From: a candidate division WOR-3 bacterium
GTDB lineage: Bacteria; Hydrothermota; 32-111
Assembly: GCA_039804105.1 (NCBI GenBank)
Contig: JBDRZU010000001.1
Location: 32,001-96,000, forward strand
Length of the DNA stretch: 64,000 bases
Direction of reading: 5' to 3'
The translations under genes and the position numbers were made by a program. Numbering within the stretch: the stretch's first letter is position 1; every line of letters starts with the position of its first letter. Positions 27,768 through 36,421 of this stretch are shown one piece after another. The notes beneath the pieces were generated by a model. The model searched no databases. It had not been told where the DNA came from and was given only the letters and a program-made list of their open reading frames with translations.

Positions 27768-29696
27768 TTCTTGAATTATTCCAAAATCAACTGTGAAATC
27801 CGATTTGAGTTTATCAACGTTTATATACATTATTAGATTTGGAAAAACGAATTGGTATCCTTTGGGTAATTGTGGAATCTCAACTATGTAAGCACCCATT
27901 GGGAGATTTGAGATGGTGTAAAATCCGTTCATATCAGTATAGGTATACTTATCTGAATCTTTTATCCTTACTATTATTCCTGGAATACCCTCCTCATTCT
28001 CATCCTTTACACCATCCTTGTTTAAATCTATAAAAACATATCCAGATATTGAGCCCAATTTGATAAGAGGTATATCAACACTTTTTTTTGTGAAATTTTC
28101 GACCTGAACAAAATAGTACTCTTTTATATCAAAATATGCTGGCAACTTTTTTTTATCGATTGAAATTTTATATCTACCTGGTTTTAAAAATTTAAAAGTG
28201 TAAAAACCATTCTTATCACTTTTTGACACTATTGAATCGTTTAAAACGATTGTTAAATTGTTTATTGGCTTATCATCACCATCGAATATCTCGTTGCTGT
28301 TTTTGTCATAAAAAACTCTTCCATTTAAAATTCCAGTATAAATGTTGTCAAGAACACCAGTGACTTCCAGTTTTGTCTGTATTTCAAATTGAACTCTTTC
28401 AAAATATCTGATATTTAGTTTGTTGCTAAAATTATAGTTTTTATAATCAATTGAAAAATCGAAATGGTTTCCAAGATATGATATTCTATGTATGTTCCCA
28501 AAGTCAACTCCATATTCGAATGAAAAAATTTTTTCTAACTTCCACCTTACATAGTTTGTTATAAAATAATCATTTATGCTATCTTTTTTTGTTAATTTGA
28601 ATGTTGAACCAATGTTTGTTCCGTTGTAAAAATTATAAGAAATGTTTGAATAAAAATTCAAAGTTTTGTAATTTACAAAATCATTTTTTGAAACATTTGA
28701 ATTGAAATAAAAATTTCTATACCATCTTGATATGTTTAAGGATGCAACTTGCCCGAATGGATTTTTCTGACTCAGGTTTCTGTATATGTCATAGGAAATA
28801 TCGATCTTTGGTAAGAACGATAAACTCAAAGAATTCTTTACCCCAAATCTTTCATAAGAGGAATTGTCAGAAGTGCTTATGTTGTATCTTGTATAGTTTA
28901 AAAAGAGTGATGTGAAATTTAAGATTCTTATTGACTGGAAAAAGTTGAAGTGTGTTCTTTTATTTTCTCTGTAAAATATTGAAAAATCAGAAAATTTTTC
29001 TGGATCATTTTGAAAGGATAACGATGTTGAAAAATATTTTGTTAAGAAATAAGTTTTTAGTGAGTACGATATGTTTGAAGTGGTAGAGTCGAGTATTGTA
29101 TGGTTAATATGATTTTTGAATGTGACATCAAAATTCAACCTATCGAAAAATTTTAAAAACTGGTTTACTCCGATTATGTTTTGTGATATAAAAGGTGAGT
29201 AAAAAGAATTATCCTCTCTTGAAAAAACAAAAATTTTTGTGGTATCATTTTTTGTAATAGACAATGGTAATAAAGTTCCGATTAAAATCCTATTTAAGTT
29301 ATTATTACCAAAATTTTGATTTAAAAAACTATTATCTTTACCTATTAAAAATTCAAACCCTGTAAATTTAAACCTTGATGAGAATTTGAAACCTCGAAAA
29401 TCAAAATATAAGAACCTATAAGGTAAAATATCTCCTGCTTCAAATAAAATAAAACCATTTTTATTATCAAAATAATTTATTGTGGAAAAATAAAGATTTA
29501 AAGGGAAATATTTATAGAGTTGAATATAAAAATCTTTTTTTGAGTTTTCCTCATCAGAAAAATATCGAACATTTATATACGGAGAATAATATTCAGAATT
29601 GGAGTATAGATAATTATCAATCGAAATATTGTAATAGTTTTCAGCGAAAACTATTACGAAAAGTAAAAATGTAAAAAAAGAAAAAAATTTTTTCAT
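27738..29696 (-). CDS. Exported beta-rich outer-membrane protein with two C-terminal SdrD-B-like domains; putative usher-like protein
   Basis: Signal peptide; about 430 aa of amphipathic aromatic-rich strands; GRVFYDKNSNEIFDGDDKP and GYVFIDLNKDGVKDENEEGIPG Ca-loop motifs. Confidence 0.65.
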   Translation of the reverse strand: MKKFFSFFTFLLFVIVFAENYYNISIDNYLYSNSEYYSPYINVRYFSDEENSKKDFYIQLYKYFPLNLYFSTINYFDNKNGFILFEAGDILPYRFLYFDFRGFKFSSRFKFTGFEFLIGKDNSFLNQNFGNNNLNRILIGTLLPLSITKNDTTKIFVFSREDNSFYSPFISQNIIGVNQFLKFFDRLNFDVTFKNHINHTILDSTTSNISYSLKTYFLTKYFSTSLSFQNDPEKFSDFSIFYRENKRTHFNFFQSIRILNFTSLFLNYTRYNISTSDNSSYERFGVKNSLSLSFLPKIDISYDIYRNLSQKNPFGQVASLNISRWYRNFYFNSNVSKNDFVNYKTLNFYSNISYNFYNGTNIGSTFKLTKKDSINDYFITNYVRWKLEKIFSFEYGVDFGNIHRISYLGNHFDFSIDYKNYNFSNKLNIRYFERVQFEIQTKLEVTGVLDNIYTGILNGRVFYDKNSNEIFDGDDKPINNLTIVLNDSIVSKSDKNGFYTFKFLKPGRYKISIDKKKLPAYFDIKEYYFVQVENFTKKSVDIPLIKLGSISGYVFIDLNKDGVKDENEEGIPGIIVRIKDSDKYTYTDMNGFYTISNLPMGAYIVEIPQLPKGYQFVFPNLIMYINVDKLKSDFTVDFGIIQESKPVRKKVF

Positions 29697-29699
29697 TCC

Positions 29700-30464
29700 C
29701 TAATTTATCGTAATCTTCTTTTCACCTTCAAGAAGTTCATTCCCCCCATAATCTATATTGACTTTTATCGTATAATCACCTTTTAAAAGTTGAGTTTCAA
29801 CTGGAAAAGAAATTGTGGTTCTTATTTCTGGAAGAGACACTTGTTCAGGGATCTCCAATTGATAAACCATTTTTTCATCTTTAAAAATTTTCATCGATGC
29901 TTTAACTCTCAAATGAACATTCCCAGTATTTTCAAAGATCGCTTTAACTTTGTATTCTTTTTTATCAAATTCAAGCCCTGTGATATCACCATTTTTTACT
30001 GTTGTTCCTGCGATCGTCGAGTATATCGTGCAACCAACTCTTCCAGCAACAAGTAGCATGCTTGATCCTGTTGGATTGAAAGGCGTTGATTCGAAAAATA
30101 TCATCGACCAGTAATCACCAAAAACGTTTTTGGGGACAGAGAGTGTAAATCTGATATCCTCAGAAGAGTTAGGATTTATGTTGAACTCTTGTGGATTAAC
30201 ATAGATCCAATTTGAACAGGAGTTTTTCAATTTACCTGCTGTAAAATACTTAACGTTGTTATCAATATCAAGACTCCAATCAACAGCGTATATTTTAACA
30301 TGAAGGGTAGAGTCTGTTGTATTTTGAACATTGATCGTAAAATTTTTGATCTCCTCAGGTCTCACTGTAAATTCATATTTGGGAGGTGAGATGTTAAAAC
30401 CGATCTGGGGGAAAATGTTTATAAATAAACTTAAAATCAAAATTGTTTTAACAAGTTTTAGCAT
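29700..30464 (-). CDS. PapD-like pilus assembly chaperone
   Basis: Signal peptide; ISPPKYEF...INVQN, WIYVNPQEFNINPNSSEDIRFT, GDYWSMIFFE, second Ig domain FENTGNVH. Confidence 0.72.
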   Translation of the reverse strand: MLKLVKTILILSLFINIFPQIGFNISPPKYEFTVRPEEIKNFTINVQNTTDSTLHVKIYAVDWSLDIDNNVKYFTAGKLKNSCSNWIYVNPQEFNINPNSSEDIRFTLSVPKNVFGDYWSMIFFESTPFNPTGSSMLLVAGRVGCTIYSTIAGTTVKNGDITGLEFDKKEYKVKAIFENTGNVHLRVKASMKIFKDEKMVYQLEIPEQVSLPEIRTTISFPVETQLLKGDYTIKVNIDYGGNELLEGEKKITIN

Positions 30465-30480
30465 CCCACCTCCACAAATT

Positions 30481-31023
30481 TTATAAACTTGTTATAGTGT
30501 AAGTTAAAGTGACTGTTGCAGCAGGATCAATTTCAGGATCAGAATCTTCCCATTTGAACTCTATTGCCTGATTTTTGGTAACCCAGCCGTTAAGTTTTGG
30601 ACCAGATTCAACATTTATAAGTGATGTTGAAAATGGTGTCCATGGTGATGCTGGGTTTGCTGTTCCATCTGCTGTTTTGGGTGTCCCTGCTGGTGCAAAA
30701 TAAAGTTGTGAAACTGGGATTTCTGGGTCAAAATCACCTGATGCCTGAACCTCTAAATTGTAACCATTTTTAGCATTGCAAAAAATGTCCATAAGTATCT
30801 GTGTTTCTGTTCCATTTGGGAAATAGTATGCAGGAAAACTTGTTGGAATGGTAACTGAAGTCAGATCGAATATCAATGCACCTGTATTGTTTATGTTTAT
30901 ACCAACTCTTGCTGGAATCAGAATTTGAACATCAATGTTGTCTGATGCTGTTGCAGCAAAAATCGGTACAACAAGAAGAGAAAGCACAAAAAGTGCTGTT
31001 AAGGTTGTTAGAAGTTTTTTCAT
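30481..31023 (-). CDS. Secreted pilin-like subunit (probable major subunit)
   Basis: Signal peptide IFA|A; N-terminal alternating strand ATASDNIDVQILIP; C-terminal TVTLTYTIT; strong GGAGGT RBS. Confidence 0.62.
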   Translation of the reverse strand: MKKLLTTLTALFVLSLLVVPIFAATASDNIDVQILIPARVGININNTGALIFDLTSVTIPTSFPAYYFPNGTETQILMDIFCNAKNGYNLEVQASGDFDPEIPVSQLYFAPAGTPKTADGTANPASPWTPFSTSLINVESGPKLNGWVTKNQAIEFKWEDSDPEIDPAATVTLTYTITSL

Positions 31024-31032
31024 AATACCTCC

Positions 31033-31503
31033 TTAGTATATTGAGTTTAATGTGAATCTCAATTTTGTGTTGTATCTTCCAGATGGATCATCCCATTTTA
31101 TTTTCATTCTAAAGTCAAGATCGATATCATGACCATTATCTCCAGTTCTATCTCCGGATCCTATAGTTACAGGTTTTGAAAGCGATAGAGGAGTAAAGTT
31201 CCCTTTTTTCGCTCTTATTTCAAGTCGTTCAATATCTATGATATCTCCATCAGTTGAAACAAGATTTTCGAGAGGTTCAACTGTTAAAACCCATTTGACA
31301 TTGCTTTTTACTTTTACAGTTATACCTTTGAGTTTAACAACCTCCTTCATATCAGGTTTTATCTCACCCAGATCAATACTTGAAGAAGAAAGTTCAAGAA
31401 GTAAAATCTCCTGGTTTTCGAAATTAACATCGGTTTCAACACTGTAACCGGAAAATAATAAAATAGGCAAAAAGATAAAAATCCAAAAAACCAATCTATT
31501 CAT
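31033..31503 (-). CDS. Secreted pilin-like subunit (Csu/spore-coat-U-like)
   Basis: Signal peptide; SIDLG, VKVKSNVKWVLTV, C-terminal PSGRYNTKLRFTL motif. Confidence 0.62.
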   Translation of the reverse strand: MNRLVFWIFIFLPILLFSGYSVETDVNFENQEILLLELSSSSIDLGEIKPDMKEVVKLKGITVKVKSNVKWVLTVEPLENLVSTDGDIIDIERLEIRAKKGNFTPLSLSKPVTIGSGDRTGDNGHDIDLDFRMKIKWDDPSGRYNTKLRFTLNSIY

Positions 31504-31879
31504 ATTCTAACCCCACTTTTTGGTCATCTTTAACCATGTTTTCAATTATCTCACATATCTGTAAAAATTCTGAAGGGTAATTGAAAGAATAAAATATGTT
31601 ATTGTTTTTACGTAACATCTTTAAAAACTCAATATCATCAGCATTTCTCAAAAGTACCATAATTTTTGATTGTGGAATTATTTCATTTAAACATTTTATG
31701 ATTTTGTTTTCATTCATATATGGAAGATCTGATGTATCTAAAATTATGATATCCGGTTTGTTCACAAGAGCGAATGTCAGAAGAGATATTGAATCAACAA
31801 AATGGTTGAAAGTTTCAACCCTCTTTTTCATCTGCTCTATGAAAGATTTATCAGACGAAAGTACTGTTATTTTCTTCAT
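31496..31879 (-). CDS. Atypical single-domain receiver (pseudo-REC) protein
   Basis: KPDIIILD beta3 motif with Asp; acidic pocket degenerate (LSSD) and conserved Lys absent; start moved to ATG 31879. Confidence 0.55.
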   Translation of the reverse strand: MKKITVLSSDKSFIEQMKKRVETFNHFVDSISLLTFALVNKPDIIILDTSDLPYMNENKIIKCLNEIIPQSKIMVLLRNADDIEFLKMLRKNNNIFYSFNYPSEFLQICEIIENMVKDDQKVGLEYE

Positions 31880-31895
31880 ACAGGACCATGAAATA

Positions 31896-31912
31896 AGCAA
31901 TTATTATGCCAG
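31896..31912 (-). promoter_or_regulatory. sigma54 (-24/-12) promoter of the pilus-like operon
   Basis: CTGGCATAATAATTGCT matches YTGGCAC-N5-TTGCW with exact GG-N10-GC spacing; activator gene immediately upstream. Confidence 0.82.
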
Positions 31913-32006
31913 AATTTATAATCTTATAAACATATTTATTATCTTAACTTAAACTTCATATAAAAATATAAGATATAAAAAGTGTGGCAAAATGGGACAA
32001 AAATTT

Positions 32007-33320
32007 TTAAATTCCCCATTTTTTCAATTTTCTATAGAGTGTTTTTCTATCTATTCCAAGGATTTTTGCTGCTTTGGTTTTATTTCCACCAACGGAATTT
32101 AATGTCTTTAAAATTTCGTCTTTTTCCAGATCTTTTAATGATTCTTTTTTTATACCATTTTTTAGTTTTAAAATCGAATAGGGAAGTGTATCCGGAAAGA
32201 TTCCTTTACCCTCAGTTAATATTATCGATCTATCGATAATATTTTCAAGTTCCCTTATGTTTCCAGGCCATGAGTAATTCTGAAAGAGAGTATAAATTTC
32301 TTTATCTATTTGAAAATCTTTTGGGTCTATATTTCTTTTTTTAAGTAAAGATTCTATTATTAATGGAATATCCTCAAGTCGATCTTTAAGATCAGGCAGT
32401 TCTATATGTAAAGTTTCCAATCTGAAAAAAAGATCCTCTCTAATTTTCCCTGATTTTAAAAGATCGTCAATTTTTTTGTTTGTTGCTGCGATTATTCTTG
32501 TGTCAACAAAAATATCGTTAACTCCACCAATCCTTCGAAAACTTTTATTTTCTATGATGTGCAGGATTTTTGCCTGACTTGATAAAGGAAGTTCTCCAAT
32601 TTCATTCAAAAAAATTGTTCCATTGTTTGCTATTTCAAACAACCCATATTTTCTTGTGTATGCTCCTGTGAAAGCACCTTTTTCATATCCGAAAAGTTCG
32701 CTTTCAATAAGAGTTTCCGGTAGAGAAGCACAGTTTTGCATAATAAAAATTTCATTCTTTCTATCTGATTTTTGATGTATGTATTTTGCCATAGTATCCT
32801 TTCCTGTTCCAGTTGAACCAAGTAAAAGAACAGGTAAATCACTTTTTGCATATTTTTCTGCCTTTTTTACAATCTCTTTCATTTTCTTATTGTTAGTTTT
32901 TATTTCAATTTGCTCCTCTTCCTCTTTGATCTTTTCGTAATCTGATTGTTCAATCTTTTTATTGATTTTTGACAAAATTATTTTGATATCTTCGATTTTA
33001 AAAGGTTTCGGGAGAAAATATGCGCCCTCTTTTAATGCGAGTTTCGTTTGTTCAAGTTCACCATATGCTGTCATGATTATTATCTCACAATCAGGTGAAA
33101 AGTTTTTGATTTTTTTTATCAGATCGAATCCGTTTATGTCTGGCAGATGAACATCAAGAAAACATATATCTATATTCATCTGTTCAAATATTTCAATCGC
33201 TTTGAATCCGGAAAATGCCTGTATTATGTTAAAATTGTAATGTGTTGAAAGTGCATCCTTCAATGTTGCTGAAAAAAGTGGTTCATCATCAATTATCAAA
33301 AGGTTAATCTTCCTTCCCAT
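32007..33320 (-). CDS. NtrC/AtoC-family sigma54 response regulator
   Basis: REC (IDDE, LDVHLPD, KP), [56 protein letters not shown]. Confidence 0.95.
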   Translation of the reverse strand: MGRKINLLIIDDEPLFSATLKDALSTHYNFNIIQAFSGFKAIEIFEQMNIDICFLDVHLPDINGFDLIKKIKNFSPDCEIIIMTAYGELEQTKLALKEGAYFLPKPFKIEDIKIILSKINKKIEQSDYEKIKEEEEQIEIKTNNKKMKEIVKKAEKYAKSDLPVLLLGSTGTGKDTMAKYIHQKSDRKNEIFIMQNCASLPETLIESELFGYEKGAFTGAYTRKYGLFEIANNGTIFLNEIGELPLSSQAKILHIIENKSFRRIGGVNDIFVDTRIIAATNKKIDDLLKSGKIREDLFFRLETLHIELPDLKDRLEDIPLIIESLLKKRNIDPKDFQIDKEIYTLFQNYSWPGNIRELENIIDRSIILTEGKGIFPDTLPYSILKLKNGIKKESLKDLEKDEILKTLNSVGGNKTKAAKILGIDRKTLYRKLKKWGI

Positions 33321-33415
33321 AATGAGTATAATATAGTAAAAAATAAAATTTTCAATACCTTAACACTTTCAATCTATTGACAAAAAGGGTTAAAAGTATA
33401 ATATATCAAAATATT

Positions 33416-33835
33416 ATGGAGGAAAAAGTTTTAGGAGAAGTTGTTGAAATAAAAGATGGTAAAATTTTCATCAAAATCGATGTACCATCTTCATGTTCTT
33501 CCTGTTCTCACTCAGAAGAATGTTCAATATTTCAAAAAGATCAAAATAAAATTGTTGAATGTGATAATATCTCCTGCGAAGAGGTTCAAAAAGGTGATGT
33601 TGTTGAGTTAAAGATTGAACAGAAAAAGATTCTTATTCTTTCAATAGTTTTTTATATTGTTCCAACAATTTTGATCTTCTTGTTTTCTTTGGTTGGGTAC
33701 TTTCTTAAAAAAGGTGAGGGATTTACGGCATTATTTGGATTTTTGGGTTTCCTTTTTTCTTTGGTTTTCATATTTATATTCAATAAAAAGAAAAAAGATC
33801 AATTTAACCATAAAATAGTGAGGGTATTAAAATGA
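33416..33835 (+). CDS. rseC: RseC/MucC family protein
   Basis: SSCSSCSHSEEC Cys motif, GDVVEL, two C-terminal TM segments, upstream of rnf; start moved to ATG 33416. Confidence 0.8.
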   Translation: MEEKVLGEVVEIKDGKIFIKIDVPSSCSSCSHSEECSIFQKDQNKIVECDNISCEEVQKGDVVELKIEQKKILILSIVFYIVPTILIFLFSLVGYFLKKGEGFTALFGFLGFLFSLVFIFIFNKKKKDQFNHKIVRVLK

Positions 33836-34134
33836 TAAAAGAGATTTTGTTTCCAGTTTTAGTTATGGGTGGATTATCCATTCTACTTGGTGTTTTGATT
33901 CTGATAACGATGAAAGTTTTTGAAGTAAAAAGAGACGCTGTTGTTGATGAAATTCTATCGGTTCTTCCAGGTGTTAACTGTGGTGCATGTGGTTTCCCTG
34001 GTTGTGAAAATTTTGCAGTTGAAATGGCAAAAAAGGGGGAACTTTACAAAATTTGCCCAGTTGGTAAAGATGAGGTTGCAAACAAGGTCAGGGAGATTTT
34101 GAAAAAGAAGAAAGAAGGAGTATCAAATGGTTAA
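33832..34134 (+). CDS. rnfB: Rnf complex subunit B, short form
   Basis: TM anchor plus LPGVNCGACGFPGC...CPVG; no ferredoxin repeats. Confidence 0.85.
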   Translation: MIKEILFPVLVMGGLSILLGVLILITMKVFEVKRDAVVDEILSVLPGVNCGACGFPGCENFAVEMAKKGELYKICPVGKDEVANKVREILKKKKEGVSNG

Positions 34135-35446
34135 ACTTTATACTTTTGGAAAAAGTGGAGTTTTCCCTGAAGAAAGAAAAGAATACACTGAAAATAAAAA
34201 AATAGAAAAGTTTGAATCTAAAGAATATCTATACCTTGCTGTGAACCAGCATATTGGTGCTCCAGCAAAAGTTTTGGTAAAGGAAGGTGATAGAGTTTTA
34301 AAAAATCAAGTTGTTGCTTCAGGAGAAGGTGGAGTTACATCGATGGTTCATTCTCCTGTTTCTGGAGAAGTGGTTCAAACAAAAAGTATGGTTTTCCCTG
34401 GTGAAATCAAGAATGATGTTCTTGTTATAAAAAATGATTTTAAATATGAAAAAGTCGCTGGAACAGATGAAAAAAGAGAGTTTAAAACTGATAGAGAGAA
34501 TTTTATAAATGAAATAAAAAATGGAGGGATCATAGGAATGGGAGGTGCTGGTTTTCCTACTTATGTTAAGATGAATCCTCCAAAGGATAAAAAAATTGAT
34601 CTTTTCATAGTTAACGCTGCTGAGTGTGAGCCATATCTTACAAACGATTATAGAGTGATGCTTGAGTTTAAAAATGAATTTTTAAATGGTATAAGTTTGA
34701 TTCTTGATAATCTTGGTATCCCAAAATCAATTGTTGGTATAGAGGAAAACAAAGAAGAAGCGTTTGAAGAGTTAAAAAAAGTTAACACGGATAAAAGGAT
34801 AGAGTTTAAACTTTTAAAAACGAAATACCCTCAGGGTGCTGAAAAACAGTTGATATTCGCTTTAACCAGAAGAGTTGTTCCAATAAGGAAATTACCGTTT
34901 GAAGTTGGTGTTATAGTTCAAAATGTTTCAACAGTTAAAGCGATATATGATCTTATTGTTTTTAACAAACCTTTGATTGAACGAGTATTGACATGTTCTG
35001 GAAAAGGGATCGTTGAACCGAAAAATATTCTTGCTCCAATTGGAGTAACTGTTTCGCAGATCGCAGATTTTTGTGGTGGAATAAAGGATGATTGTAAATA
35101 TCTTATAAACGGTGGACCCATGATGGGAAAACCTTTTACGGATATTGAACTACCAGTAACAAAAACAACATCTGGACTTTTGTTTTTAACTGATGAAGAA
35201 GTGAGTGTTGAAGAAGAGAGTACATGTATCAGATGTTCCAAATGTTTATCTGTTTGTCCGATGGGACTTAATCCAACATACTTGAAAGAAGCATCTGACA
35301 GAAGAGAATATGAAAAGATGGATGATGTTCTTGACTGTATCGAATGTGGTTCTTGTTCTTTTATATGTCCTGCTTCAAGAGATCTTGCAGCGAGTATCGT
35401 TAAAGGTAAACAGAAATATACAAAATATTTGAAGAGAGGTAAATGA
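34127..35446 (+). CDS. rnfC: Rnf complex subunit C
   Basis: QHIGAPA, GMGGAGFPT, NAAECEP, YPQGAEK, two CxxCxxCxxxCP. Confidence 0.96.
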   Translation: MVKLYTFGKSGVFPEERKEYTENKKIEKFESKEYLYLAVNQHIGAPAKVLVKEGDRVLKNQVVASGEGGVTSMVHSPVSGEVVQTKSMVFPGEIKNDVLVIKNDFKYEKVAGTDEKREFKTDRENFINEIKNGGIIGMGGAGFPTYVKMNPPKDKKIDLFIVNAAECEPYLTNDYRVMLEFKNEFLNGISLILDNLGIPKSIVGIEENKEEAFEELKKVNTDKRIEFKLLKTKYPQGAEKQLIFALTRRVVPIRKLPFEVGVIVQNVSTVKAIYDLIVFNKPLIERVLTCSGKGIVEPKNILAPIGVTVSQIADFCGGIKDDCKYLINGGPMMGKPFTDIELPVTKTTSGLLFLTDEEVSVEEESTCIRCSKCLSVCPMGLNPTYLKEASDRREYEKMDDVLDCIECGSCSFICPASRDLAASIVKGKQKYTKYLKRGK

Positions 35447-36420
35447 TGCAAGAAAACAGATTTGTCATGAAAAGTGCTCCATTTCTAAGGGGGAAAGAGG
35501 ATATAAAAAGCATCATGTGGACTGTGGTTGTTGCTCTTTTGCCAACTACTCTATGGGCTATCTATCTTTACAGATACAGAGCGTTAACGGTTATTCTGTC
35601 ATGCATAATTTTTACACAACTTTTTGAGATAATTTTTTTGAAGATAAGAGGAGTGAAAAATCTTTTTGAAAGGGCTTTTGATGGAAGTGCCTTTATTACA
35701 GGGCTACTTCTTGCTTTGAATCTTCCATCAACTTCACCATGGTGGATGTGTGCTGTTGGTTCTTTTGTAGCGATGCTTTTTGGAAAGCATATTTTTGGTG
35801 GACTTGGGAACAATCCATTCAATCCTGCACTTGTTGCGAGAGTTTTTCTCCTTTTGTCTTTCCCATCACTTATGACTAGGTGGACTGTTGGTATCAATCT
35901 AACAACTCAAACTTTTGCAACTCCACTTGGAATGTTAAAAACACAAGGGGTATCATCAGTTTCAAATCTTGATTACTGGAAACTATTTTTTGGTTTTCCG
36001 ATAGATGGTGTTGGCGGCGGGTCGATCGGAGAGATTTCTGAATTCGCTATCCTTATAGGAGGATTACTTTTGATATTCAGAAAGATTATACCGTTTTTTA
36101 TCCCCTTAATTTACATTTCAACAGTTTTTGTTTTTACTGCGATTTTTAACATTATAGATCCAACAAAATATGCTTCTCCATTTTTCCATATGGTTACAGG
36201 TGGACTTTTCCTTGGAGCTTTCTTTATGGCTACAGATATGGTGACAACACCGATAACCAAAAAGGGAAAGATGATATTTGCTTTTGGATGTGGTTTGATA
36301 ACTTCTCTTATAAGACTTTTTGGCGCTTATCCAGAAGGTGTATCTTTCGCTATACTGATTATGGAAGCTTTATCTCCAACTATAGAGAAGTTTACAAAAA
36401 ATAAAAAATTTGGAGAGTGA
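35443..36420 (+). CDS. rnfD: Rnf complex subunit D
   Basis: FGGLGNNPFNPAL, ATPL, GEIS, FMATD, YPEG. Confidence 0.95.
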   Translation: MMQENRFVMKSAPFLRGKEDIKSIMWTVVVALLPTTLWAIYLYRYRALTVILSCIIFTQLFEIIFLKIRGVKNLFERAFDGSAFITGLLLALNLPSTSPWWMCAVGSFVAMLFGKHIFGGLGNNPFNPALVARVFLLLSFPSLMTRWTVGINLTTQTFATPLGMLKTQGVSSVSNLDYWKLFFGFPIDGVGGGSIGEISEFAILIGGLLLIFRKIIPFFIPLIYISTVFVFTAIFNIIDPTKYASPFFHMVTGGLFLGAFFMATDMVTTPITKKGKMIFAFGCGLITSLIRLFGAYPEGVSFAILIMEALSPTIEKFTKNKKFGE

Positions 36421-36421
36421 T

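Noticed and set aside
33377..33415. TTG start for rseC given by the ORF track
   Set aside because: This TTG is the TTGACA -35 box; ATG 33416 gives a typical RseC N-terminus
34918..35451. 177-aa antisense ORF inside rnfC, and the many other short antisense or alternate-frame ORFs in the track
   Set aside because: Fully nested in confidently identified genes; typical codon-bias shadows
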